Of a stretch of DNA of 24,000 nt, positions 1 through 7,715 are shown in pieces. The DNA is from Halanaerobium saccharolyticum. GTDB lineage: Bacteria; Bacillota; Halanaerobiia; Halanaerobiales; Halanaerobiaceae. Positions within the stretch are counted from its first letter, which is position 1; every line of letters begins with the position of its first letter. Both the position numbers and the translations under genes were made by a program. The notes under the pieces were generated by a model. The model ran no database searches. It saw only the letters and a program-made list of their open reading frames with translations, and was not told the origin of the DNA. The stretch spans positions 1 through 24,000 of the forward strand of contig NZ_SNWX01000028.1 in NCBI RefSeq assembly GCF_004362045.1, given 5' to 3'.

Positions 1-118
1 AGGGGGAGGGATTCCTGCATTTAATGCAGATTTCTAACCTGACAACCATGATAACTATTAATATTTTTAAAAAAACTATTAGATTTGACGTAACGTTCTG
101 CTTTCAGGGAGGTTAAAA

Positions 119-454
119 ATGAAAAATGATCTTAAATCAATAAAACTAATTGGTGAATTAGCAGCTTTTGTATTTAAAGCTGGCGGGGACGAATTTGATG
201 TTAGTTTTAAAGAAAAAAATGAAGGAATAGAAATAACAATTAAGTCAAAACTTAAAGATATAACCCCAGATCAACTTGAAACTTTAAAGGGTTTATATAC
301 ACCACGCCAGAGTGAAGTAGAAGATTACTACTGGGAATTAGCTGGTGAAAGTGATAATTATCAGGAATTAACACTGGTAGGAATGATGATAGATCGAGCT
401 GAATACAGTTATGAAAATGGATTGTTAAAAATTACTGTCTATCGCCATAAATAA
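119..454 (+). CDS. hypothetical small protein (111 aa), family not recognised
   Basis: ORF-track ORF. GGGAGG Shine-Dalgarno at 107-112 lies 6 nt before ATG 119. The protein is charged and soluble-looking, with two beta-strand-like segments (GIEITIKSK, GLLKITVYR). I can name no catalytic motif. Confidence 0.5.
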   Translation: MKNDLKSIKLIGELAAFVFKAGGDEFDVSFKEKNEGIEITIKSKLKDITPDQLETLKGLYTPRQSEVEDYYWELAGESDNYQELTLVGMMIDRAEYSYENGLLKITVYRHK

Positions 455-508
455 TACTGAACAAAATATAGTTAAAAGAAAATTTAAAAATAAGAAGGCG
501 GTGCAATT

Positions 509-1360
509 ATGCTTCTCTGGCAGATCCAGGACTATTTAACGACATTCTTATCAATTTTAAAAGCTAAAATCAAAAACCGAAAACTTGCTGATATTCTGCA
601 GGCAAAAAAATATAAATACGGAGAAGATAAAAAACAATATTTGCTCTGGTATAATTCTCAATCGGAAAGCAAACGTAATAATATTGTTTTCTTTATTCAT
701 GGAGGTGGCTGGAACAAAGGTAGTCCGGAATTTTTTAAATTTGTGGCAGATTACTTTACTAAACTTGGTTTTATTACAGTTATGCCGACTTATAGGTTAG
801 CACCTGACTCTCAATTTCCAGATCAGCAGATTGATGTTTTTAAGGCTCTAAAAAAGACTTTTGATATTTTAGAAAAGTCAAATCTTAGTCAAAATATAAT
901 TATCGCCGGTCAATCAGCTGGTGCTCATCTGGGATCTTTATTACTTTTAAATAAAAGTTTACAAAAAAAGTATAAAATTAATAAAGATCGGCTTAGTGCT
1001 TTCTTATCTATTAGTGGGCCGCTCGATCTTTCTCGTCCCTGCCGAACTATCAGAGCCAAGAAATATTTATCTGATTTTGTTCCGACATCTCATAAAAGAA
1101 AACAAGCAAATCCTACTAATTATATACGACCAGACTTTAAGACCTCCATATTTTGTCTCCATGGTGCAAAAGATCCTCTGGTTCCTAAAGCACATTCTAT
1201 TGATTTTATAGAAGAAATTAAGACAAGAACTCAGGCAGAAACAAAACTAAAGATTTACGATAACAAACATCACTCAGATCTATCCGATTTATTTTTTAAA
1301 GAAGGATCAGCAAGCCAGGAAGTAAAAGAGTGGCTGCTAAAAGTGGATAATTTAAATTAA
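509..1360 (+). CDS. alpha/beta-hydrolase fold-3 esterase/lipase-like protein
   Basis: Carries the oxyanion-hole motif FFIHGGGW, YRLAPDSQFP, the nucleophile elbow GQSAG (GxSxG), a late acidic residue (GAKDPLV) and a His (NKHHSD). These are typical of HGGG-type carboxylesterases. RBS GAAGGCGGTG precedes ATG 509. Confidence 0.85.
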   Translation: MLLWQIQDYLTTFLSILKAKIKNRKLADILQAKKYKYGEDKKQYLLWYNSQSESKRNNIVFFIHGGGWNKGSPEFFKFVADYFTKLGFITVMPTYRLAPDSQFPDQQIDVFKALKKTFDILEKSNLSQNIIIAGQSAGAHLGSLLLLNKSLQKKYKINKDRLSAFLSISGPLDLSRPCRTIRAKKYLSDFVPTSHKRKQANPTNYIRPDFKTSIFCLHGAKDPLVPKAHSIDFIEEIKTRTQAETKLKIYDNKHHSDLSDLFFKEGSASQEVKEWLLKVDNLN

Positions 1361-1470
1361 TTTAGATATAATAGTCTTAACAGGATTAGTTTAACTCCAG
1401 CTAAATATAATTTTCAGTTTGATTTTAAAAATTATTAGAAATTTTAGTGTAAAAAGGGGTTGTGGTTAAG

Positions 1471-2178
1471 ATGCTTCAAAATAAATTATTAATTCTATTT
1501 TTATTGATATTTATTATTAGTTTTTCGTTTGCTGTTTCAGCTCAAAAAGAAAAGTTAATGCAGGAAATTTACGCCTATTATCCCCTGGACGGAAATACAA
1601 TTGATCAAGGACCAAATAAGCTGCATGGTGAGCAAATAAATAAGGAGCGCAGCACCAGAGATAGATTTGGGAAAATCGGAAAGGCATTATCGTTTACTGG
1701 AAAAAATGATTCCATAACTTTACCAGTTAATATCAATCCAGAAATAATGCCTCAACTTACAATTGCTCTCTGGCTTAAAGTAGAATCTGTGGATGGCAAA
1801 AGCACTATTATCTCCCATAATGATGGTGGTTATGATAGGTCAATTATAATTAATGAGAAAAAAGGGTGGAATTTTTTATCTGTTTTTGCAGGTAAAAATC
1901 AAAAAGTATATGGTGCTTTAAATATTCCGAAAAACAAATGGATATTTACAGCTGGTAGCTGGAATGCTGAAAGAAGTGAAGTTTCCCTATATTTAATTGA
2001 TCAGAATAAAAACTTTCGAGTAATCTCAACTAATAATATTAAGCCTGGAAAAGGTAAAGATTTCATTAAACTGGGCGGAAATCCAGCTTCCGGTGACTTT
2101 TTTACAGGTAGTATGGACCAGCTTATGATCTGGGATCAAAATTTATCAGTTGAAGAAATTAAGTTATTAGTTTTTTAA
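1471..2178 (+). CDS. secreted LamG / concanavalin-A-like lectin domain protein
   Basis: N-terminal signal peptide (LLILFLLIFIISFSFAVSAQ). LamG_3-like pattern ALSFTG..DSITLP....LTIALWLK....W.F.AGSW....VSLYL....IKLGG....FTGSMDQLMIWDQNLSVEEI. The ORF track starts at GTG 1462, but the AAAAGGGG RBS (1451-1459) is better spaced for ATG 1471. Confidence 0.75.
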   Translation: MLQNKLLILFLLIFIISFSFAVSAQKEKLMQEIYAYYPLDGNTIDQGPNKLHGEQINKERSTRDRFGKIGKALSFTGKNDSITLPVNINPEIMPQLTIALWLKVESVDGKSTIISHNDGGYDRSIIINEKKGWNFLSVFAGKNQKVYGALNIPKNKWIFTAGSWNAERSEVSLYLIDQNKNFRVISTNNIKPGKGKDFIKLGGNPASGDFFTGSMDQLMIWDQNLSVEEIKLLVF

Positions 2179-2199
2179 ATTTCAATTAAATATCGTAAG

Positions 2200-2228
2200 T
2201 TGACAGCTGACAAAATTTCTGCTAAACT
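2200..2228 (+). promoter_or_regulatory. trpB promoter candidate
   Basis: TTGACA (2200-2205), 17 nt, TAAACT (2223-2228). Confidence 0.5.
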
Positions 2229-2267
2229 TTTATTAAATTCAAAAAATTTGAGATGGAGGCTGAGAGA

Positions 2268-3476
2268 ATGAAAAAGAAGAGTAGAGAAGAGAATAGTGAC
2301 GGGTTTTTTGGTGATTTTGGTGGCAGTATTGTCCCCCCAGAATTAGCAGATGTTTTAGAGGAATTAAAACAGGCTTTTTATGAAATAAAAGACAATCCCG
2401 AATTTAAAGAAGAACTTGCATATTTATTTAAAGATTATGTAGGGAAACCCAGTCCTTTATATTTTGCCAAAAGTTTAACTGAAGAAGCTGGAGGAGCAAA
2501 AATATATTTGAAACGAGAAGATTTAAACCATACTGGTGCTCATAAAATCAATAACTGTATTGGTCAGGCTTTACTTGCCCGCAAAATGGGTAAAAAAAGA
2601 ATTATTGCCGAAACAGGAGCTGGCCAGCATGGTGTTGCAACAGCAACCGCCTGTGCCTTATTTGATATGGACTGTATAATCTATATGGGTGAGGTTGATA
2701 CTAAAAGGCAGGCTTTAAATGTATTTAGAATGGAACTTTTAGGTGCAGAAGTTAAGCCTGTAACTGCTGGTGATGGAACATTAAAAGATGCTGTTGATGA
2801 GGCTTTAAAAGACTTTGTACAACATGCTGATGATACTTTTTATATGCTGGGTTCCGCCGTTGGACCGGATCCTTATCCAACAATGGTAAAAGAATTTCAG
2901 TCTGTCATTGGTAGAGAAGCAAGATCACAAATTTTAGAAAAAGAAAGTAAATTACCTGATTATATAGTAGCCTGTGTTGGTGGAGGTAGTAATGCAATTG
3001 GTTTATTTGCTCCTTTTGTAGATGATGAGGAAGTAAATATTCTGGGTATTGAGCCTGGTGGTACAGGAGATAAACCAGGTCAGAATGCTGCTCCATTAAC
3101 TTACGGTAAACCCGGAGAGCTGCACGGATTTAAAAGTTATGTCTTATATGAAGATGGAGATGTGATTTCTCATACTCATTCAATAGCTGCTGGTTTAGAT
3201 TATCCAGGAGTAGGTCCAGAACATAGTTATCTCAAAGATTCTGGAAGAGCTAAATATACAACTGCTTCTGATCAAGAAGCTCTGGATGCCTTCCACCTAT
3301 TATCAGAAAAAGAAGGAATTATTCCGGCACTAGAAAGTGCTCATGCTATTGCCGGGGGAATGAAAGTAGCTGCTGACTTAGATGAAGATCAGATAGTCAT
3401 AATTAATCTTTCCGGTCGTGGAGATAAGGATGTGGCTCAAATTAAAGAATTACATGAAAATGGTAAATTGAAATAA
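2268..3476 (+). CDS. trpB: tryptophan synthase beta chain (TrpB1-type), no adjacent trpA
   Basis: FGDFGG..VP, PLP-lysine motif [25 protein letters not shown] and [11 protein letters not shown]. The ORF track starts at 2253, but GGAGG at 2255-2259 is spaced 8 nt from ATG 2268, which I prefer. Confidence 0.95.
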   Translation: MKKKSREENSDGFFGDFGGSIVPPELADVLEELKQAFYEIKDNPEFKEELAYLFKDYVGKPSPLYFAKSLTEEAGGAKIYLKREDLNHTGAHKINNCIGQALLARKMGKKRIIAETGAGQHGVATATACALFDMDCIIYMGEVDTKRQALNVFRMELLGAEVKPVTAGDGTLKDAVDEALKDFVQHADDTFYMLGSAVGPDPYPTMVKEFQSVIGREARSQILEKESKLPDYIVACVGGGSNAIGLFAPFVDDEEVNILGIEPGGTGDKPGQNAAPLTYGKPGELHGFKSYVLYEDGDVISHTHSIAAGLDYPGVGPEHSYLKDSGRAKYTTASDQEALDAFHLLSEKEGIIPALESAHAIAGGMKVAADLDEDQIVIINLSGRGDKDVAQIKELHENGKLK

Positions 3477-3508
3477 TTATAGAATTTAATATAATATTTA
3501 TTAAACAA

Positions 3509-3545
3509 GGCTGAATATTTCTCTAAAGTTATATTCAGCTTTTTT
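3509..3545 (+). terminator. rho-independent terminator after trpB
   Basis: Stem GCTGAATAT (3510-3518) / ATATTCAGC (3531-3539) with a 12-nt loop, followed by TTTTTT (3540-3545). Confidence 0.8.
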
Positions 3546-3637
3546 ACAGTCAGTAATTTTAACTTATTTATGATTAACTGGATTATTATAGTTTGCGGGA
3601 TCTGAAGTTCTAAAAACTAAAATAGAGGTGAAGATAA

Positions 3638-4141
3638 ATGAAAAAAATTGCTTTTGATCAGGTATTAAATGATTATAAGGAAGTTCTGCCCCAGGGAGTA
3701 TTTTTAACAACAAAAGATGGACAAGAGGTAAATACAATGACAATGGGTTGGGGAACTACTGGTTTTATCTGGAATCAGGATATTCTAATGGTACCAGTCA
3801 GAAAATCACGTCATACACATCAGTTAATAGAAAACAGTGAATATTTTACTGTCAGTGTACCCTTAAATGATCAGTTAAAAAAAGAGCTGCAGTTTTGTGG
3901 AACTAAATCCGGTAGAGATTATAATAAAATTGATGAATTAAATTTGGAACTGGTAGAAGTTAAGGAATGTGATGTGCCGGTTATTAAGGGGAATGATTTA
4001 CACTTTATCTGCAAGATTAAATATCAGCAGGATATGCTGCTGAAGAATTTAGATGAAGATGTTTCAGAAAAAAATTATCCTAACCAGGATATGCACACAT
4101 TTTATTATGGAGAAGTAGTTGCAGTTTATAAAGAAGAGTAA
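3638..4141 (+). CDS. flavin reductase-like / FMN-binding split-barrel family protein
   Basis: 167 aa. N-terminal pattern VFLTTKDGQEVNTMTMGWGT....VPVRKSRHTHQLI resembles flavoredoxin/flavin-reductase domain proteins. RBS AGAGGTGA precedes ATG 3638. Confidence 0.6.
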   Translation: MKKIAFDQVLNDYKEVLPQGVFLTTKDGQEVNTMTMGWGTTGFIWNQDILMVPVRKSRHTHQLIENSEYFTVSVPLNDQLKKELQFCGTKSGRDYNKIDELNLELVEVKECDVPVIKGNDLHFICKIKYQQDMLLKNLDEDVSEKNYPNQDMHTFYYGEVVAVYKEE

Positions 4142-4340
4142 AGTGATATTTTAAAGATTTTTTAATTTAGTTAGATAGATTAATTAGTTGTAAAATAATG
4201 CAGAGGCTCTAGAAGCAAAAAGTTTTCGCTCGGATGGGGATTTGATCAGCTTTTTAATTTATGAGGCTTTAGAAAAAGTGGTCATAAAGAATAAAAATTG
4301 CTGATTTTAGTCCATTTTAGCGGAAATTTCTTTTTTTAAG

Positions 4341-4378
4341 TAAAAACTTCGTAAAATTATTATTTTACGAAGTTTTAC
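4341..4378. terminator. bidirectional terminator between the convergent flavin-reductase-like gene and ldh
   Basis: Perfect 14-bp stem AAAACTTCGTAAAA (4343-4356) / TTTTACGAAGTTTT (4363-4376) with a 6-nt loop. The A/T ends give a U-run after a 10-bp core stem on either strand. Confidence 0.7.
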
Positions 4379-4457
4379 AATTATACTATTAACTTTGTTT
4401 TTTATCTCACATCCTAAGTTTACTTAAGTTTTTGGGATTTTAAAAATAAAAATTATA

Positions 4458-4497
4458 GTACCGGCCACCTGGAAAAATTTCTCAAGTACCCGGTACC
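4458..4497. repeat. degenerate third copy of the GGTACC-rich element
   Basis: GTACCGGCCACCTGGAAAAATTTCTCAAGTACCCGGTACC. The right arm GTACCCGGTACC matches GTACCTGGTACC at 11/12 positions; the left arm is degraded. It lies 9 nt after the ldh stop codon. Confidence 0.5.
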
Positions 4498-4506
4498 ATA
4501 TTATTT

Positions 4507-5460
4507 TTAGATATCCAGTTCTTTAATATTTTCTTTTAAATGCTGAGCTGAATCTTTAAAAGCCTTTTCTTCTTTTTCAGAAAGAGGTAATTCTAAAACT
4601 CTCTCTATTCCCTTGGAATTAATTATTGTCGGCAGACTCAAACTCATATTTTCAATTCCGTAATATCCCTCCATTAATGAGGAAACTGTTAAGACAGCAT
4701 TTTCATCTCTCAGGATAGCTCTTGCAATTCTGGACACTCCCAGTGCCACCGCATAAAATGTAGCACCTTTTTTATCAATTATTTCATAAGCCGCATTTTT
4801 AACCTGATCACTTATTTCTTCTAAATCGTGTTCTGTGCAGCCTTTATTGCAGATTGGACAGTAATTTTCTATTTTTGTCCCTGCAATATTGGTTAAACTC
4901 CAGACTGGTACCTCACTATCACCATGTTCACCAATAATATAACCGTGAACATTACTTGCTGCTATATTACAGTTTTTGCTTAATAATGATCTAAAGCGAG
5001 AACTGTCAAGTACTGTTCCAGATCCGATAACTCGATTGGCCGGAAAACCTGATATCTTGTAGCTTAAATATGTCAAAATATCCACCGGATTAGTTACTAC
5101 AAGCAGAATACCTTCCTGGTTATATTCAGTTATAGAAGAAATTATATTCTTAAAAATTCCAGTATTTTTCTTTACTAAATCAAGTCTTGATTCTCCAGGT
5201 TTCTGGGCAGCTCCAGCAGTAATCACAATTAACTTAGCATCAGCTAAATCTTTGTAATCACCTGCATAAATATCCACCGGATTAACAAAAGAAGCTCCAT
5301 GCCTTAAGTCCATTGCCTCTCCTTCGGCCTTTTCTTTATTCACATCTATCAATACTATCTCTGAACCTACTCCCTGGACCATCAGAGCATAAGCTGTGGT
5401 AGCACCAACTCCACCAGCACCAATGACGGCGATCTTATTTGGATTTAAATTCTTATTCAT
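4507..5460 (-). CDS. ldh: L-lactate dehydrogenase
   Basis: Rossmann motif KIAVIGAGGVG, substrate Arg motif LDSSRFR, catalytic His in GEHGDSEVPVWS. 317 aa. RBS GAGGTGAT before the ATG. Confidence 0.95.
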   Translation of the reverse strand: MNKNLNPNKIAVIGAGGVGATTAYALMVQGVGSEIVLIDVNKEKAEGEAMDLRHGASFVNPVDIYAGDYKDLADAKLIVITAGAAQKPGESRLDLVKKNTGIFKNIISSITEYNQEGILLVVTNPVDILTYLSYKISGFPANRVIGSGTVLDSSRFRSLLSKNCNIAASNVHGYIIGEHGDSEVPVWSLTNIAGTKIENYCPICNKGCTEHDLEEISDQVKNAAYEIIDKKGATFYAVALGVSRIARAILRDENAVLTVSSLMEGYYGIENMSLSLPTIINSKGIERVLELPLSEKEEKAFKDSAQHLKENIKELDI

Positions 5461-5553
5461 CTTATATCACCTCATTAAAAAGTATTGTCTTAATTACTAC
5501 TTTAAATTTTTATTATCCCTCATTACTAAGTATAGCATTTTAATCAAGAATAA

Positions 5554-5571
5554 AAGTTAAATATTTTACAA
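5554..5571. promoter_or_regulatory. candidate Rex-type operator upstream of ldh
   Basis: The minus-strand reading TTGTAAAATATTTAACTT matches 11 of the 14 specified positions of the clostridial Rex consensus TTGTTAA-N4-TTAACAA. It overlaps the -35 region of an extended -10 promoter (TGcTATACT, minus strand, about 5529-5537). Confidence 0.35.
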
Positions 5572-5579
5572 ATATAATA

Positions 5580-5631
5580 CTTAGGTACCAGTACCAGGTA
5601 CAAAAAAGATTTTTTGTACCTGGTACCTAAG
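5580..5631. repeat. GGTACC/CCWGG-rich palindromic element, copy 1
   Basis: CTTAGGTACCAGTACCAGGTACAAAAAAGATTTTTTGTACCTGGTACCTAAG. The arms are complementary apart from a 6-nt TACCAG duplication in the left arm. It starts 3 nt after the recombinase stop codon and lies upstream of the ldh promoter. Confidence 0.85.
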
Positions 5632-5633
5632 AG

Positions 5634-6296
<663 letters not shown>

Positions 6297-6335
6297 TCAG
6301 TCCTTTATTTATTATAGTTAATGAGAGTAATAAAA

Positions 6336-6388
6336 TATAATAAAAAAATGATTGTAAACAGCTAGTTCCTCTGCGTTACAATCATTTT
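6336..6388 (-). terminator. terminator/attenuator between the yneA-like and yneB-like genes
   Basis: Stem 6345-6357 / 6376-6388 (AAAATGATTGTAA / TTACAATCATTTT) with an 18-nt loop. On the minus strand it is followed by TTTTTTATTATATTTT. Confidence 0.6.
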
Positions 6389-6456
6389 ATTTAGTCCAAA
6401 TTCTCTTTATATTATTAATTTAACAAAGATTATATTTTATAGTTTAAATATTAGTA

Positions 6457-6798
6457 TTAGTTTAAGGGAATTATCAATTTACTTCCAGGAGTAATTACAG
6501 CAGAATCTATATTATTTATTTTCTTGATATCATATATTATTTTTCTTAGATCAACATTATTTGAATTATAATAATGAGCAGCTATCGACCAGAGAGATTC
6601 GCCACTTTCTATTTCATGTTTGACAAAATTGCTGCTATTTTCTCCCGATCCAATTAGAGAAAAAAATGAAATAAATAAAATACTCAGCAATATTATTCCG
6701 ATTACTGCTGTCAAAATCTTTATTAAAATTGACTTTTCTCTATTTTTTTCTGACTTAGCTCCCTGATAATTTAAAGTATAAGTATTTAAACCGTTCAT
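6457..6798 (-). CDS. yneA: LysM-domain single-pass membrane protein, YneA-like SOS cell-division inhibitor candidate
   Basis: 113 aa from ATG 6798, with RBS AGGAGGG 8 nt upstream; the ORF-track start at 6843 has no RBS. One TM helix (ILIKILTAVIGIILLSILFISFFSLI) is followed by a C-terminal LysM domain (HEIESGESLWSIAAHYY....IKKINNI....PGSKLIIP). It is divergent from lexA and has LexA boxes in its promoter. Confidence 0.7.
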   Translation of the reverse strand: MNGLNTYTLNYQGAKSEKNREKSILIKILTAVIGIILLSILFISFFSLIGSGENSSNFVKHEIESGESLWSIAAHYYNSNNVDLRKIIYDIKKINNIDSAVITPGSKLIIPLN

Positions 6799-6850
6799 AA
6801 ATAATCCCTCCTGATATAATATAATGCCTATAATTAAAAACACCTGTACT

Positions 6851-6862
6851 AAACAATTGTTT
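6851..6862. promoter_or_regulatory. candidate LexA box A (AAACAATTGTTT)
   Basis: Perfect 12-nt palindrome related to the Gram-positive Cheo box GAAC-N4-GTTC, with one change per half-site. It lies just downstream of the -10 of the yneA-like promoter. Confidence 0.55.
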
Positions 6863-6871
6863 GTTATTTAT

Positions 6872-6900
6872 ATTATAGCAATACATATGTTCAATGTCAA
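6872..6900 (-). promoter_or_regulatory. sigma-A type promoter of the yneA-like gene
   Basis: On the minus strand: TTGACA (6900-6895), 17 nt, TATAAT (6877-6872). Both hexamers match consensus perfectly. Confidence 0.75.
6881..6892. promoter_or_regulatory. candidate LexA box B (minus-strand reading GAACATATGTAT)
   Basis: One canonical GAAC half-site and an ATAT spacer, as in the B. subtilis consensus CGAACATATGTTCG; the second half is degenerate (GTAT). It sits inside the 17-nt spacer of the yneA-like promoter. Confidence 0.6.
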
Positions 6901-6909
6901 GGATTATTT

Positions 6910-6921
6910 GAACGATTGTTT
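6910..6921. promoter_or_regulatory. candidate LexA box C (GAACGATTGTTT)
   Basis: GAAC-N4-GTTT abutting or overlapping the -35 of the lexA promoter, consistent with autoregulation. It shares AACnATTGTTTGT with box A. Confidence 0.6.
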
Positions 6922-6948
6922 GTCTATTTATTATATATATGTTATAAT
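6920..6948 (+). promoter_or_regulatory. lexA promoter candidate
   Basis: TTGTCT (6920-6925), 17 nt, TATAAT (6943-6948), about 28 nt upstream of ATG 6977. Confidence 0.6.
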
Positions 6949-6976
6949 AAAAGAAAAATGAATGGAGGAAACAATT

Positions 6977-7600
6977 ATGGAAGAACTATCTAAACGACAG
7001 CAAAGTATCTTGCAATTTATTATAGATGAAATCAAAGCCAAAGGATATCCACCTTCTGTGAGAGAAATCGGAAAGGCGGTTGGCCTTAAGTCTCCTGCTT
7101 CTGTTCACAGTCACTTAAAAACTTTAGAAAAATTGAATTATTTACGCAGAGATCCTGCTAAACCAAGGGCAATCGAAGTTATTTATAACAATAATCAGGA
7201 ACCTAAAAATGATAAGGAAATGATTAATATTCCGGTAGTTGGAAAGGTTACTGCAGGTGCTCCTATTCTGGCTGAAGAAAATGTGGAGGATTATTTCCCC
7301 TTACCTTTGAGCTACTTAAAGGTAGGAAATAATGATCTTTTTATGCTTAAAGTTAGTGGGGATAGTATGATTGAAGCGGGTATTCACGATGGTGATTTTG
7401 TAATTGCTGAAAAACAGAGTTATGCTGAAAACAATGAGATTGTTATTGCTCTGCTTGATGATGAAGCTACAGTTAAGCGCTTTTTTAAAGAAGAAGATCA
7501 TATTAGACTGCAGCCTGAAAATTCGGCCTATGAGCCAATTATTTCTAAGGATGTAAAAATTCTGGGCAGAGTTACAGGTCTTTTTAGAAAATTTGATTAA
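6977..7600 (+). CDS. lexA: LexA SOS repressor
   Basis: [38 protein letters not shown]....[12 protein letters not shown]. Ala-Gly cleavage site (VTAGAP), Ser nucleophile (SGDSM) and Lys (VKRF). GGAGG at 6964-6968 is spaced for ATG 6977 rather than the ORF-track start at 6962. Confidence 0.97.
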   Translation: MEELSKRQQSILQFIIDEIKAKGYPPSVREIGKAVGLKSPASVHSHLKTLEKLNYLRRDPAKPRAIEVIYNNNQEPKNDKEMINIPVVGKVTAGAPILAEENVEDYFPLPLSYLKVGNNDLFMLKVSGDSMIEAGIHDGDFVIAEKQSYAENNEIVIALLDDEATVKRFFKEEDHIRLQPENSAYEPIISKDVKILGRVTGLFRKFD

Positions 7601-7611
7601 ATTTTGTTTAA

Positions 7612-7643
7612 TAATAAAAAACTAAGCAAGTTAATGCTTAGTT
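7612..7643 (-). terminator. terminator downstream of the UDG gene (between convergent lexA and UDG)
   Basis: Stem AACTAAGCA (7620-7628) / TGCTTAGTT (7635-7643) with a 6-nt loop. A U-run (TTTTATTAT) is present only on the minus strand. Confidence 0.55.
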
Positions 7644-7715
7644 AGTAAGGTTAGAGTATTATAATAATATATTAAATGTGTTTTTTAAAAGTTTATGTAA
7701 AAATTATAATTTGAC

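Noticed and set aside
1-118. A small hairpin CTGCAT-tta-ATGCAG (about 15-29) and a TTGACG hexamer (84-89) at the left edge.
   Set aside because: The stem is only 6 bp with no U-tract. The TTGACG has no usable -10 element at the right distance, because GGGAGG (the RBS) occupies that position. The context is truncated by the window edge.
585-1211. ORF-track ORFs 585..800 (+) and 996..1211 (+).
   Set aside because: Both lie in alternative frames inside the well-supported alpha/beta-hydrolase CDS. Their products are low-complexity and Leu/Ile-rich with no RBS. They are frame artefacts of AT-rich DNA.
2179-2267. A T-box, trp attenuator or TRAP-site leader upstream of trpB.
   Set aside because: The predicted leader is only about 40 nt, between the -10 element at 2223-2228 and ATG 2268. 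That is too short for a T-box or leader-peptide attenuator, and no GAG/TAG triplet array is present.
2905-3096. ORF-track ORF 2905..3096 (-).
   Set aside because: It is antisense within trpB, with no RBS and an implausible His/Tyr/Leu/Gln-rich product.
7316-7501. ORF-track ORF 7316..7501 (-).
   Set aside because: It is antisense within lexA, and its product is an Ile/Phe/Asn/Lys-rich artefact.
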